Source: Sphaerochaetaceae bacterium (lineage in GTDB: Bacteria; Spirochaetota; Spirochaetia; Sphaerochaetales; Sphaerochaetaceae). From it: a stretch of 64,000 nt of DNA. Shown here piece by piece: positions 25,794-35,162 of the stretch. Position 1 is the first letter of the stretch; every line of letters begins with the position of its first letter. Below the pieces are notes generated by a model. That model had not been told where the DNA came from, did no database searches, and worked only from the letters and a program-made list of their open reading frames with translations. The stretch lies in assembly GCA_028700425.1 (NCBI GenBank), contig JAQVSP010000001.1, positions 1,237 to 65,236 of the forward strand, in the 5' to 3' direction. The position numbers and the translations under genes are program-made.

Positions 25794-25889
25794 ACTTTCT
25801 TCTCCTCGAAGGCAAATATAAGCAAAAAAAACGTCCAGGGCAAATATCTTGCTTCACAAATCTACATAAAAAGCCTATGTTGCTTGAAT

Positions 25890-27659
25890 ATGTCAAGAAA
25901 GCAGAACCTCAGGCTCATCAGCCGCGTCTTCTTCAGCCTATGCAGCTTCGGCATGCTATATGCACTTTGCATGAGGCTATTGATATCTCCAGCTCTTGAG
26001 TGGCTCTACGGACTTCTTCTCAAGGCTTTTGGAATCTCCTACCTATCAATGTCAAATATCACTCTTTGCCTTTCTAGGCCTCTGCTTGGACTGGGAGTGA
26101 TTCTTATTGGCTTTCTTTCCGGCTATTTTCTGAGCCTTGAGATAGCAGGCCTGGTATATCTGCTGTCTGAGGCTCAGAAAGGCAGAAAAGCGACCTTGCT
26201 TGAAGCCCTGTGCATCTCCTTTTCATCCTGCCTCAGGCTGTTTATACCATGCAACTGGCCTCTATTACTTTTCTCTGTCGCCCTTCTGCCCAACCTGCCA
26301 ATAGTCTTCTCTACTTCCATAGTGGGCAAGCTTGCCATTCCCAAGTTCATAACAGGAGCCCTGAACACCCCGCTTTTGCTTATACTGTATTCAGCCTTCA
26401 TAGCAGCCATGGTGATTGTCAGTGTCTACGGCTTCTTTGCCTACCATGTCTTCTTCCTGAAAAAGACAAGCGCATGGAAGGCCTATCAAAAGTCCGCTAG
26501 CCTCATCAAGGGCAAGGCAATAAGGACTGCCTGGTCCTTACTGACTTCCCAGCTTTGGGGCTTTCTGCTTACGCTTTTGCTGATAGGCCTCATAGCAGCT
26601 CCCATCCTAATCAACGCCTACCACAACTCCTATGAGATGTCCTCCTACTTTGGCATCTACCTTGGGCTCAAGAGCCTGCTTCTGGTTCTTATAACAAGAG
26701 TGCCTATAGCCTTTGGCTACAGCTGGCTGACAATCGCATATATAGGCAAGGCAGAAAGCCTCAAGGGCTCAAGGACTCGCATCTCGACGATACTGGCCTT
26801 CTTAATCCTTGCCTGCCTCACCGCGCTAGGGTGCATCGCAAGCTGCCTTCTCAGCGCAGAGAAGGCCAAGCAGGGCCCAAGGGCCTCAATTGAGGTCATC
26901 GCCCACAGAGGAGTTTCAGCCCAGGCGCCGGAGAACACCCTGCCAGCCTTTGAGCTAGCACAGCTCTACAGGGCTGACTGGGCTGAGACCGATGTGCAGC
27001 TTACAAGGGACAAGAAGCTTGTCCTTAGCCACGATGCCACGCTCAAGCGTATGCTAGGATCAGACAGCAAGGCCTGTGAGCTGACTCTCTCGGAGATCCA
27101 GAGCTATGACATTGTAAATTGCCCGCCTCAATACAAGGGCCTGAGGCTCTGCACTCTTGAAGATATCCTTATGCAAGACAGGGGCTCAATGAAGATCCTA
27201 ATCGAGCTCAAGACCCAGGGTGGAGATGAAGCCATGCTGGCAAAGGCTGTGCTTGACTGCATCAAGGCTTGCGGCGCAGAAAGCCAATGCGCTGTTCACA
27301 GCGAGAGCCTGGAAGCGCTCAAGGCTTTCAGAAGCCTGGATAGAAGCATTCCAATAGGATGGTGCACTCCAATCATCAAAGGTGAGCTTATTGACATGGA
27401 TGTAGACTTCCTGTCCCTAGAGCAGACCTATCTCAAGGAGGACCTAATAGCATCTGCCCATAAGATGGGCAAGAAGATATATATCTGGACAGTCAATTAC
27501 CTCACCGACATCAGGGCCTGCCTGGAAAAAGGCGCTGATGGAATCAAAACCGACAATGCCCAGGATGCACGGGATGTAATCCAGGCCTCCACTGTCGTTG
27601 ATGCCTTCATATATGATCTAATTAATGACCAAGTTGACTGGGAGCATCTAGACTACTGA
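25890..27659 (+). CDS. membrane-anchored glycerophosphodiester phosphodiesterase
   Basis: Multi-TM N-terminal half, then a GDPD domain (VIAHRGVSAQAPENTLPAFE...ETDVQLTRD). ATG at 25890 is preferred to the TTG at 25884. The start is uncertain. Confidence 0.8.
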   Translation: MSRKQNLRLISRVFFSLCSFGMLYALCMRLLISPALEWLYGLLLKAFGISYLSMSNITLCLSRPLLGLGVILIGFLSGYFLSLEIAGLVYLLSEAQKGRKATLLEALCISFSSCLRLFIPCNWPLLLFSVALLPNLPIVFSTSIVGKLAIPKFITGALNTPLLLILYSAFIAAMVIVSVYGFFAYHVFFLKKTSAWKAYQKSASLIKGKAIRTAWSLLTSQLWGFLLTLLLIGLIAAPILINAYHNSYEMSSYFGIYLGLKSLLLVLITRVPIAFGYSWLTIAYIGKAESLKGSRTRISTILAFLILACLTALGCIASCLLSAEKAKQGPRASIEVIAHRGVSAQAPENTLPAFELAQLYRADWAETDVQLTRDKKLVLSHDATLKRMLGSDSKACELTLSEIQSYDIVNCPPQYKGLRLCTLEDILMQDRGSMKILIELKTQGGDEAMLAKAVLDCIKACGAESQCAVHSESLEALKAFRSLDRSIPIGWCTPIIKGELIDMDVDFLSLEQTYLKEDLIASAHKMGKKIYIWTVNYLTDIRACLEKGADGIKTDNAQDARDVIQASTVVDAFIYDLINDQVDWEHLDY

Positions 27660-27675
27660 TTTTGCTGCGTTTCTC

Positions 27676-27704
27676 TTGCCTTTGGCATCGTGTTTAATTA
27701 TATT
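27676..27704 (+). promoter_or_regulatory. candidate sigma-70 promoter of groES
   Basis: TTGCCT-17 nt-TATATT. No CIRCE inverted repeat is present. Confidence 0.4.
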
Positions 27705-27745
27705 ATCCTAAGATTCAATGAATTCAATTTCCAAGGAGAAATGCT

Positions 27746-28006
27746 ATGAATATCAAGCCATTAGGGGAAAGAGTCCTGGTAAGGGACGAAGAGCTCGCAC
27801 AGAAGACTGCTAGCGGAATCATCATTCCACAGACTGCACAGGAAAAGACACAGATCGGTATTGTTGAGGCTGTTGGAAGCGAAGTCAAGCTCATCAATGT
27901 CGGAGACAGGATTCTGCATGACAAGTACTCTGGAACCACCGTAAAGGTGGAGGGCACTGAGTACCTCATCCTCGAGTCAAAGAACGTTCTGGCTATTTTG
28001 GCCTAG
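27746..28006 (+). CDS. groES: co-chaperonin GroES
   Basis: MNIKPLGERVLVR...ASGIIIP...GDRILHDKYSGT. AAGGAG SD. No groEL follows. Confidence 0.9.
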   Translation: MNIKPLGERVLVRDEELAQKTASGIIIPQTAQEKTQIGIVEAVGSEVKLINVGDRILHDKYSGTTVKVEGTEYLILESKNVLAILA

Positions 28007-28029
28007 CTTCTTTGCTTGCTAAAATCATG

Positions 28030-28055
28030 AAGGCCGCCTTAGGGTGGCCTTTTTT
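28030..28055 (+). terminator. rho-independent terminator after groES
   Basis: AAGGCCGCC-TTAG-GGTGGCCTT-TTTT. Confidence 0.65.
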
Positions 28056-28957
28056 CATGCCAGGAAAAGCAGCATAACCCCGCTTATTGATATCAGGGTG
28101 CCTGCAATGGAGAAGCCGCTGGGCCTCTTGTGGCAATAAAGCAAGTCAATAACTAGAAGAATGACAGGGCTTATCTGAGTTATTGCAGTGACAACCCCAA
28201 GGCTTGCAAGGGTAAAGGCCTTCATCTCAAGGCACATTCCCAGCGCAGGGCCCAGGAAGGCAGCGCTTAGCAGAAGCAGTCCATCAGGCTTCTTGGCCAT
28301 TATCCTGAAGTCGCTGGCCCATTGGCCATTGGCAAGCCTAAATACGGACAAGCTCACAAGGCCTCCAATGCAGCGCACAAGATTCACGCTGTAGGGATCG
28401 ATCTCTGAATTGGCTTTTCTTGCAAGCACAAGGCTCAAGGCCTGAAAGAAGGCTGCCCCTGTTGCAAGAGCTATTCCCTTCAGCCTATTGTCCTTGCTTC
28501 TCCCCCTTCTCTCCTTTTCCAGGTCAGGGTATACAAGGACAATCACGCCTGCCGCTGTCACCATCATGCCTATGGCCTGGCTGATAGTAAGCTTCTGGCC
28601 AAGAAAGAAGAAGGCCATGATTGCAGAAATGCAAGGATTGAGGGTGAATATGCTTACGCTCTCCCTTGGACCTATGTACTGATAGGACCTGATCTGAAAC
28701 ACGTCGGTTATTTAGAAGCCAAGCAAGCCAGAACCAAGCAGATATGCCCAGTCAGATAGGCTAAGGCAGGGACTGATGACACGGCTGTTCATCACAAGGT
28801 TTATGACAATCAGCATGGGAAGAGCAAGGTACAGCCTGACAGAGGCTATTGCATCAGCATCGTTGGTCTTTCCGAGCCTGCTGTATATCAAGGAGTTCTG
28901 GCTCCAGCAGAAAGCCACGACAAGGCTAAAGGCCTGCCCAAGATAGGAACTGCTCAT
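28055..28957 (-). pseudogene. EamA/DMT family transporter interrupted by one in-frame TAA
   Basis: ORFs 28712..28957 and 28055..28702 are in the same frame (their starts differ by 657 = 3x219 nt) and are separated only by the TAA at 28714..28712. Read-through gives ...LLGSGLLGF*ITDVFQIRSYQYIGPRES..., a continuous roughly 300-aa 10-TM EamA architecture. Confidence 0.65.
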
Positions 28958-31068
28958 CAGTAAAGGAATTCCTCGATCTTATTGCAGACCCCTTCGCTCA
29001 GGGTATCGGGGTGATAGCTGTCTGGAAGGCTTCTTATCATGGCAAGCCCATAGTTCTTGGTGACTATCCTGGAATCCAGGATAAGCACAATGCCCTTGTC
29101 GGTGGCGCTTCTTATAAGCCTGCCGAATCCTTGCTTAAGGCGCATCGTGGCATCTGGAACCGACAGCTCAAAGAAGCTTGAGCCTCCATCCTTCTCGATT
29201 CTCTCGCTTCTTGCCTGGAAGACCGGCTCATCAGGGGCTGTGAACGGCAGCTTCACAATTATGACCATTCTCAAGGTGTTGCCCGGCGCATCAACCCCTT
29301 CCCAGAAGGAGTTGGTTGCAAAGAGGCAGGAATCCTCGTCGGCCTTGAAATCCACAAGCAGCTTCGCCCTGTCAGATTTCTTGCTCTGAAGAAAGGTATT
29401 GATGCCATGGACCTGAAGCTGAGGGGCCAGCTCATGGTGTATGTCCTCCATAAGAGACTGGTTGGTGAAAAGAGCAAGGCATCCACCCCCTGAGGAGAGG
29501 ATGGCATCACGTATCATGGCCTTGACGTAAATCAGGAAGGCTTCCATGTTGTCCTTGCTGTATCTAGGGGAATCTGCTGGGGTCAGCAGCAGAAGATTAT
29601 GCTGATAGTCAAAGGCAGAGGCGTAGATCGCCTTTATCATAGGCTTTTGGCAAAGGTTAAGCCCTACTCTTCTCATCCAGAAGGCAAAGTCATCGTTGAG
29701 GTCCATGGTAGCCGAGCAGCAGACGATGCTTTCAATCCTTGAGAACAAGGTCTTGTTGAGTATCTCTGCAACTGACAGAGGGGCAAGGCAGACATTGAAT
29801 ATCTGCTCGTTTCTCCTTGTCTCGCGTTCAAGGAAGTGCACCCAGTTATCATCGGTGAAGGCGCAGAAGCTCTTCAGGATATTGCCAAAGTCCTCGAAGT
29901 TCTTCTGAAACACATCAAACTCCTCGATGCGTCCCACTGGAGTGTCCTTTGCCTGCAGGGACTCTGAAAACTCCCTAAGCCTGGCAGCTGCACGGAATAG
30001 TGTCTCCTGAACCTGGACGGCAACTGGGAAGAACTCCTTAAGCCGGGGCAAGCTCTTCTCTTCGGCCTTGACCAGGTAGCTTGTTCTGCCCTTGAGTTCA
30101 TTGAAGAAAAGCTGAAGGTAGGAGTCAAGGGTGACAGTGCGCTCTCCAAGGAGCTTGAGTATGTCAGGTATTACGTCCACCACATCCTTCTTCTCTGAAA
30201 AGGGAATGAGGCTCTCAAAGGCGCTTTTCCCGCTGAAGCGCCTCTGGTTGAACTTGTAGATCAGTCTACGAACTGAATGTCCGCTGTATACCGAGGAGAA
30301 GAGGTCGGTTGCATTGCGCTCCATGTTATGAGCCTCGTCCACCACAAGGCTGGAGAAGGCTGGCAGCAGGCAATCCTCGTCATATTCGACAAAGCCCTCG
30401 TCTCTCATGCTTGCATCTGTGAAAAGAAGATGATGGTTGGTGATTATGATCCTGGACTCAACAGCCTGATGCTTTGCCTTCTGATAGAAGCAATCCTGGG
30501 CAAAGGGGCACTTGAAGCCGGCGCAGGTCTCAAAGTCGCTGCACACATCAGCCCATAACGAGGGGTCGCTGAAGTTGAATGGCAGGTCAGTCCTTGAGCC
30601 TGGAAAGTCATTCCTAAGGCACCAGGCAAGCTTTCCTTCATCCGTCTGCGGGTCTTCAGCCAGCAAGGGCTGCTGGGCAATCCTCTCCTTGGCTCTTCTC
30701 TTGCATAGATAGTTGGAACGGCCAAAGAGCACTGAAACAGTCACCTTCTTTCCCAGGCAGTCAAAGACTGAGGGAACATCCTTGTCAAAGAGCTGGCGCT
30801 GAAGGTTGATTGTGGAGGTGGCTATGACAACACGCTTGTCTGGATTCTCGAGGCAGTTTAAGAGGTGGGGCACCAGGTAGGCAAAGCTCTTGCCTATTCC
30901 GGTCCCTGCCTCAATGGCGGCAACGCAGCCTTGGTTTATGGCATCGGTGACATTGAGGGCCATCTGGACCTGCTCTTCCCTGTATTCATAGCCTGAAAAG
31001 GATCTCGACAGAATGCCATCAGTGTCGAAGACCTTCAGGATGTCGTCATGATTCATCCGCTTCCCCAT
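28957..31068 (-). CDS. DinG/XPD-family ATP-dependent DNA helicase (Fe-S type)
   Basis: AIEAGTGIGKSFAYLVP Walker A, DEAH box (VVDEAHNM), and a four-Cys cluster region CSDFETCAGFKCPFAQDCF. The start could be 31068 or 31056. Confidence 0.8.
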   Translation of the reverse strand: MGKRMNHDDILKVFDTDGILSRSFSGYEYREEQVQMALNVTDAINQGCVAAIEAGTGIGKSFAYLVPHLLNCLENPDKRVVIATSTINLQRQLFDKDVPSVFDCLGKKVTVSVLFGRSNYLCKRRAKERIAQQPLLAEDPQTDEGKLAWCLRNDFPGSRTDLPFNFSDPSLWADVCSDFETCAGFKCPFAQDCFYQKAKHQAVESRIIITNHHLLFTDASMRDEGFVEYDEDCLLPAFSSLVVDEAHNMERNATDLFSSVYSGHSVRRLIYKFNQRRFSGKSAFESLIPFSEKKDVVDVIPDILKLLGERTVTLDSYLQLFFNELKGRTSYLVKAEEKSLPRLKEFFPVAVQVQETLFRAAARLREFSESLQAKDTPVGRIEEFDVFQKNFEDFGNILKSFCAFTDDNWVHFLERETRRNEQIFNVCLAPLSVAEILNKTLFSRIESIVCCSATMDLNDDFAFWMRRVGLNLCQKPMIKAIYASAFDYQHNLLLLTPADSPRYSKDNMEAFLIYVKAMIRDAILSSGGGCLALFTNQSLMEDIHHELAPQLQVHGINTFLQSKKSDRAKLLVDFKADEDSCLFATNSFWEGVDAPGNTLRMVIIVKLPFTAPDEPVFQARSERIEKDGGSSFFELSVPDATMRLKQGFGRLIRSATDKGIVLILDSRIVTKNYGLAMIRSLPDSYHPDTLSEGVCNKIEEFLY

Positions 31069-32410
31069 AGCTCTGGAGCTTTCTGAAGAGCGTCTTCCTT
31101 CCTATTCCAAGCACCTCGCTGGCCTTGGACTTGTTTCCATTGCAAAATCCCAGCGTTGCCATTATGAAGGCTTTCTCAGCTTCATCCATGGTCGAGCCCA
31201 AGGGAATGCTTATCTCGCTGGAGCCCTTGAATGAGGACACCTGGTAAGGCAGGTCGCTAAGCTCTATCTGGCTTGTGCGGCAGAGAACCACTGCGCTTTC
31301 TATGGCGTTGCGAAGCTCCCTTATATTGCCAGGCCAGCTGTAGCGGAACAAGGCGTTTCTTGCTTCATTGGAGAAGCCGGTTATGCTTCTGCTGTTCTCC
31401 TTTGCAAAGGTCTCCAGGAAGTTCTGGGCCAGAAGCGGAATATCGTCCTTTCTGTCGCGCAAAGGCGGAACCTCAAGATGAACGACGTTGAGCCTGTAGT
31501 AAAGATCCTCTCGGAAGCTGCCCTTGCGGATCTCCTCCTCAAGGTTGCGGTTGGTTGCTGCTATTACACGCACATCCACATTGATTGTCTTCTGTCCACC
31601 TACTCTCTCAAAGGCCATCTCCTGAAGCACGCGCAGGATCTTTATCTGTATCGACTGGTTTATCTCTCCTATCTCATCCAGGAAGATCGTTCCTCCGTCA
31701 GCCAGCTCAAAGCGTCCCTTGGACTGAGTGACTGCTCCTGTGAAGGCGCCTTTCTCATGGCCAAAGAGCTCGCTTTCAAGAAGGCCTTCTGCAAGAGCCA
31801 TGCAATGGACCTTCACAAAGGGCTTGTCCGCTCTATTGGAGGCCTTGAATATCGCATCAGCCACAAGCTCCTTTCCAACTCCGCTTTCTCCAGTAATAAG
31901 GACCGAGGCCTTGGTTGGTGCAACCTGGCCTATCACCTCCATAAGGCGAGTAACGCTCTGGTTCTTGCCTATGATGCGCTTGAAGCTGTCCTTGGCTTCC
32001 AGGGCATTGACCTGAGCCTGCAAGGCCTCGTTTCTGCTTGCCAGCTCTGAGTTCTGGAAGATCTTCTTCAAGAGCACAGACAGGTGTGCCAGATTTACAG
32101 GCTTTGTCAGGAAATCGGAAGCTCCGTTTCTCATTGCCTGAACAGCGGTCTCCACTGTTCCATGGCCTGTGAGCACAATGATGGGCAGCCTTGGGTAGGC
32201 GGCAGTGGCCTTCCTTAAAAGCTCCTCGCCGGTTAGCTCCGGCATCCTGAGGTCTGTAATGACGCAATCTGGGTTCTGGGAGTTGATCAGGTTCCAGGCT
32301 TGCAGGCCGTCAGCGGCCTCGATTGTCTTGTAGCCTTCTCTCTCAAGGGCGATTGAAAGACCCGCCCTGATGGAGGATTCATCATCCGCAATGAGTATTG
32401 TTCTAGCCAT
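31046..32410 (-). CDS. sigma-54-dependent response regulator (NtrC family; Rrp2-like)
   Basis: Receiver domain (ILIADDE...TDLRMP), AAA+ domain with GESGVGKE and GAFTGA (GHEKGAFTGA), and a C-terminal Fis-type HTH. Confidence 0.9.
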   Translation of the reverse strand: MARTILIADDESSIRAGLSIALEREGYKTIEAADGLQAWNLINSQNPDCVITDLRMPELTGEELLRKATAAYPRLPIIVLTGHGTVETAVQAMRNGASDFLTKPVNLAHLSVLLKKIFQNSELASRNEALQAQVNALEAKDSFKRIIGKNQSVTRLMEVIGQVAPTKASVLITGESGVGKELVADAIFKASNRADKPFVKVHCMALAEGLLESELFGHEKGAFTGAVTQSKGRFELADGGTIFLDEIGEINQSIQIKILRVLQEMAFERVGGQKTINVDVRVIAATNRNLEEEIRKGSFREDLYYRLNVVHLEVPPLRDRKDDIPLLAQNFLETFAKENSRSITGFSNEARNALFRYSWPGNIRELRNAIESAVVLCRTSQIELSDLPYQVSSFKGSSEISIPLGSTMDEAEKAFIMATLGFCNGNKSKASEVLGIGRKTLFRKLQSYGEADES

Positions 32411-33599
32411 TGTTCGCCTCCAGTCGCATTCGCTCGCTCTGAGGAACAGGCAAGGTGACAGTGAATGAAGTGCCCTCGCCCTCCTCGCTGATCAGCCCGA
32501 CCTCGCCGTTGTGCTCCTTTATGACCTTGAAGAAGACAGTAAGCCCAAGTCCTGTGCCCTTTGCCTTTGTTGTGTAGTATGGCTCGAAGATCTTGGTCTG
32601 GTTGGCCTTGCTGATGCCCATTCCATTGTCGCTGACAATGATTTCCACATGATTGCCGGAGAACTTGCTGGAAAGGGTTATCTGGCCCTTGAAGCCAGGA
32701 ATCGCCGCCTGCTTCTCCTCCAAGGTCTGCTGGGCATTGTAGATTAGGTTCAGAAGCGCCTGGTTCAAGAGGTTCTGGTCCAAAAGCAGCTTTGGCGCCC
32801 TCTTGTCAAGCTGCAGCACAAGCTCGATGCCCTTCTGCTCCAGATCGGGGTGCACGAACTCCTCCAGGCTGATGAGAAGAGGGTTGATATCCTGAAGCTT
32901 GAGCTTGCTGTCCATGGGGCGGACAGCAAACAGGAAGTCGACTACGATCGAATCGAGCCTGTCAAGCTGACTTGACATGATCCCAATGTACTTTCTTGCT
33001 GTGTCAGGATCTATAGATCCTTTCTCATCCAGGTCCTGTGCCAGGAGCTGCAGATAAATGCTTATTGAAGCCAGCGGATTCTTTATCTCATGGGCAACTC
33101 CAGCTGCCATTGTCGTCATGGCCGCAAGGCTCTCGTTGCGCCTAAGCTTGGCGCTGTCCTTTCGGGCCTGGGTGACATCGGTCAGGCACATAAGGATCAC
33201 GCTCTTGCTTTCAAGAAGCTTGTCGGTGAGAATAAGCCTTATGACAACGGTCTTCAAGGATCCCAGCGTGTCGAAGGTGAACTCCTTCTCGGAATTGGTG
33301 TAGGTGTCCTGGCTGGCAAAATCCTTGAGATAAGTCAGCACGTCAGCATCGGCTATGAACTTGGATGCCTTGGAGGAAGGGACCTGATAGCGAGGCCTGA
33401 CAGGCATGAGGCTGTTGACAATCCGGTTGGTGTAGATCACGCTCAAGTCCCTTGAAAGTATGACAAGGCCTCTTTCTACAAGGTCAAGAAGGCTGTCCAG
33501 CATACCAAGCTCCTTTTGCTGGTTGTCAAGGATATCCTGTATGACCTGAGGCTCAAGCTGGCTTATCCTGGCTGCAGCCTTTTCTATGAAGCGCTTCAA
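32403..33599 (-). CDS. cytoplasmic PAS-domain sensor histidine kinase (Hk2-like)
   Basis: No TM segments. PAS-like N-terminus, H-box AAGVAHEIKNPL, and N/G boxes (NLIYNA, DNGMGI, GTGLGL). 8-nt overlap with the regulator gene. Confidence 0.85.
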   Translation of the reverse strand: MKRFIEKAAARISQLEPQVIQDILDNQQKELGMLDSLLDLVERGLVILSRDLSVIYTNRIVNSLMPVRPRYQVPSSKASKFIADADVLTYLKDFASQDTYTNSEKEFTFDTLGSLKTVVIRLILTDKLLESKSVILMCLTDVTQARKDSAKLRRNESLAAMTTMAAGVAHEIKNPLASISIYLQLLAQDLDEKGSIDPDTARKYIGIMSSQLDRLDSIVVDFLFAVRPMDSKLKLQDINPLLISLEEFVHPDLEQKGIELVLQLDKRAPKLLLDQNLLNQALLNLIYNAQQTLEEKQAAIPGFKGQITLSSKFSGNHVEIIVSDNGMGISKANQTKIFEPYYTTKAKGTGLGLTVFFKVIKEHNGEVGLISEEGEGTSFTVTLPVPQSERMRLEANNG

Positions 33600-34702
33600 T
33601 TGTTCAGCATCCCCCTTATCTCGTAGCTTAGCGCAGTCAAGGTAAGGCTGGCGCTTTGATTATAGACAAGGGCGCTCTTGCAGAGGCGGTTTATCGCCTC
33701 CTGCATCCTGCGAGCCTTGTCGTACTTGATCTTTCCGCTTCTGAAGGCCTCCTGGGCCTCTCTTGAAAGCATCTCATAGAACCAGGATGTCATGTCGCAC
33801 CTTGCCATCTCGTCGCAGGCCTGCCTTATGCCCTCATCCCTGCCTTGGATGATTGAAGCTGCACAATCCTTGAGAGCCTTGAGGTTGATGTTCGAGCTGG
33901 CGAGAAAAAACTCCTCAAGACTGCTGTAGCCTGTCGGGTCCACTCTCATCACAGAAGAAAGCAGGCTTCTGGTCATCTGCTCATCCAGGGCCTTGAAGGA
34001 ATAGCGGCGAAGACGGGACAGGATTGTTGGCATTATCCTCTCTGCCTTGGAGCTTATCATGATGAAGTAGGTGTTCTCCGGCGGCTCCTCAAGAGTCTTC
34101 AGCAGTGCGTTCTTGGCAGCATCGTTGGCATCCTCTATGCCCTCTATGATGATGAGCCGGGGCTTGCCGGAAGCTGTGGTGTCAGAGGCCCACTTGCCAA
34201 TCAGCCTTGCCTGGGCTATGGAGACTCCGCCGGTCTTGCGGCAATTGGCAAGAACCTTCTGGCAGCTTGCCCTCAGGGTCTTGCAGAAGGCTGGAACCTC
34301 GTCCTCGTGGATCATCTTCAGAGCCTTGAGGCTGTCGCTTATATCGCATGCAAGAGCGAAGTTTGGCTTCTCAGAGGCGCTTGCGCACTGGGCCATGGCC
34401 CCATTGTACTGAAGAAGAAGGACGCTTAAGGTCCTTTGAAGGATATCCCTGCTTGCGTTGTTCCTGGCCTTTTCAAAGTTGTTGATTGCAGATTCAACCA
34501 GCATCTTCTGCTCTCGTCTGGAGATGATCAGCATGTCGCCAAGGCTGCAGCCCAAGGCCTCAGCCACGCAAAGAGCAGCATGCATTCGCCCTGTGTACCG
34601 AGGACCCGCAAAGAGCATGGCATAAGGAAGCAGCCCCTTTTCAAGCTGCTCCTCCAGGATCAGAGCGTTCTCCTTCTGGGTCAGCTCAAGAGTGTCAAGC
34701 AT
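33596..34702 (-). CDS. DNA polymerase III delta-prime-like clamp-loader subunit
   Basis: Degenerate P-loop FAGPRYTGRM, and NALLKTLEEPPENTYFIMIS...ILSRL (SRC-like) motifs. Confidence 0.65.
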   Translation of the reverse strand: MLDTLELTQKENALILEEQLEKGLLPYAMLFAGPRYTGRMHAALCVAEALGCSLGDMLIISRREQKMLVESAINNFEKARNNASRDILQRTLSVLLLQYNGAMAQCASASEKPNFALACDISDSLKALKMIHEDEVPAFCKTLRASCQKVLANCRKTGGVSIAQARLIGKWASDTTASGKPRLIIIEGIEDANDAAKNALLKTLEEPPENTYFIMISSKAERIMPTILSRLRRYSFKALDEQMTRSLLSSVMRVDPTGYSSLEEFFLASSNINLKALKDCAASIIQGRDEGIRQACDEMARCDMTSWFYEMLSREAQEAFRSGKIKYDKARRMQEAINRLCKSALVYNQSASLTLTALSYEIRGMLNN

Positions 34703-35162
34703 TCACCAGTCTCCCGCCAGTATCCAGGATCCAGGATAGGATGTTGGTGATGATCCAGCTTTCGTCAAAGATCGGGCCAAGGGTTATGAAGTCGAGGCTT
34801 GCTATAAGCGCATAAAGCAAGGCCAGCACCACAAGGGCCTCTGCAATGCCCAGCACAAAGCCCAGGGCATGATTTACAAAGCCAATCCTTATGGCATCCA
34901 AGGCCTTTGCAAGAAGCGCTCCCAGGCCTCTTATCAGGAAGAAGAAAAGGACATAGAGAATGACATAGCTCAAGAAGAGGGACCAGAATGCATCGAAGGG
35001 GAACAGCGCAGACAGGTCCTTGGCAAACACTAGGGCGAATACCAGGGAGAAGACATAGCCGAACTTGCGAAATACGCTGTCTATAAAGCCATAGATGGCG
35101 CCTGCAACGCCCCCCAGCAGGCAAATGAAGCATAGCACCCAATCGACAATGTTAAAGCTCAT
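34695..35162 (-). CDS. CvpA family membrane protein
   Basis: 155 aa with four predicted TM helices. N-terminus MSFNIVDWVL...GGVAGAIYGF is typical of CvpA. Confidence 0.7.
   Translation of the reverse strand: MSFNIVDWVLCFICLLGGVAGAIYGFIDSVFRKFGYVFSLVFALVFAKDLSALFPFDAFWSLFLSYVILYVLFFFLIRGLGALLAKALDAIRIGFVNHALGFVLGIAEALVVLALLYALIASLDFITLGPIFDESWIITNILSWILDTGGRLVNA

Noticed and set aside
27682-27698. TGGCAT-CGTGT-TTAAT upstream of groES looked like a second sigma-54 promoter.
   Set aside because: The -12 element lacks the essential GC (TTAA instead of TTGC). The same bases fit a sigma-70 TTGCCT-17-TATATT promoter better.
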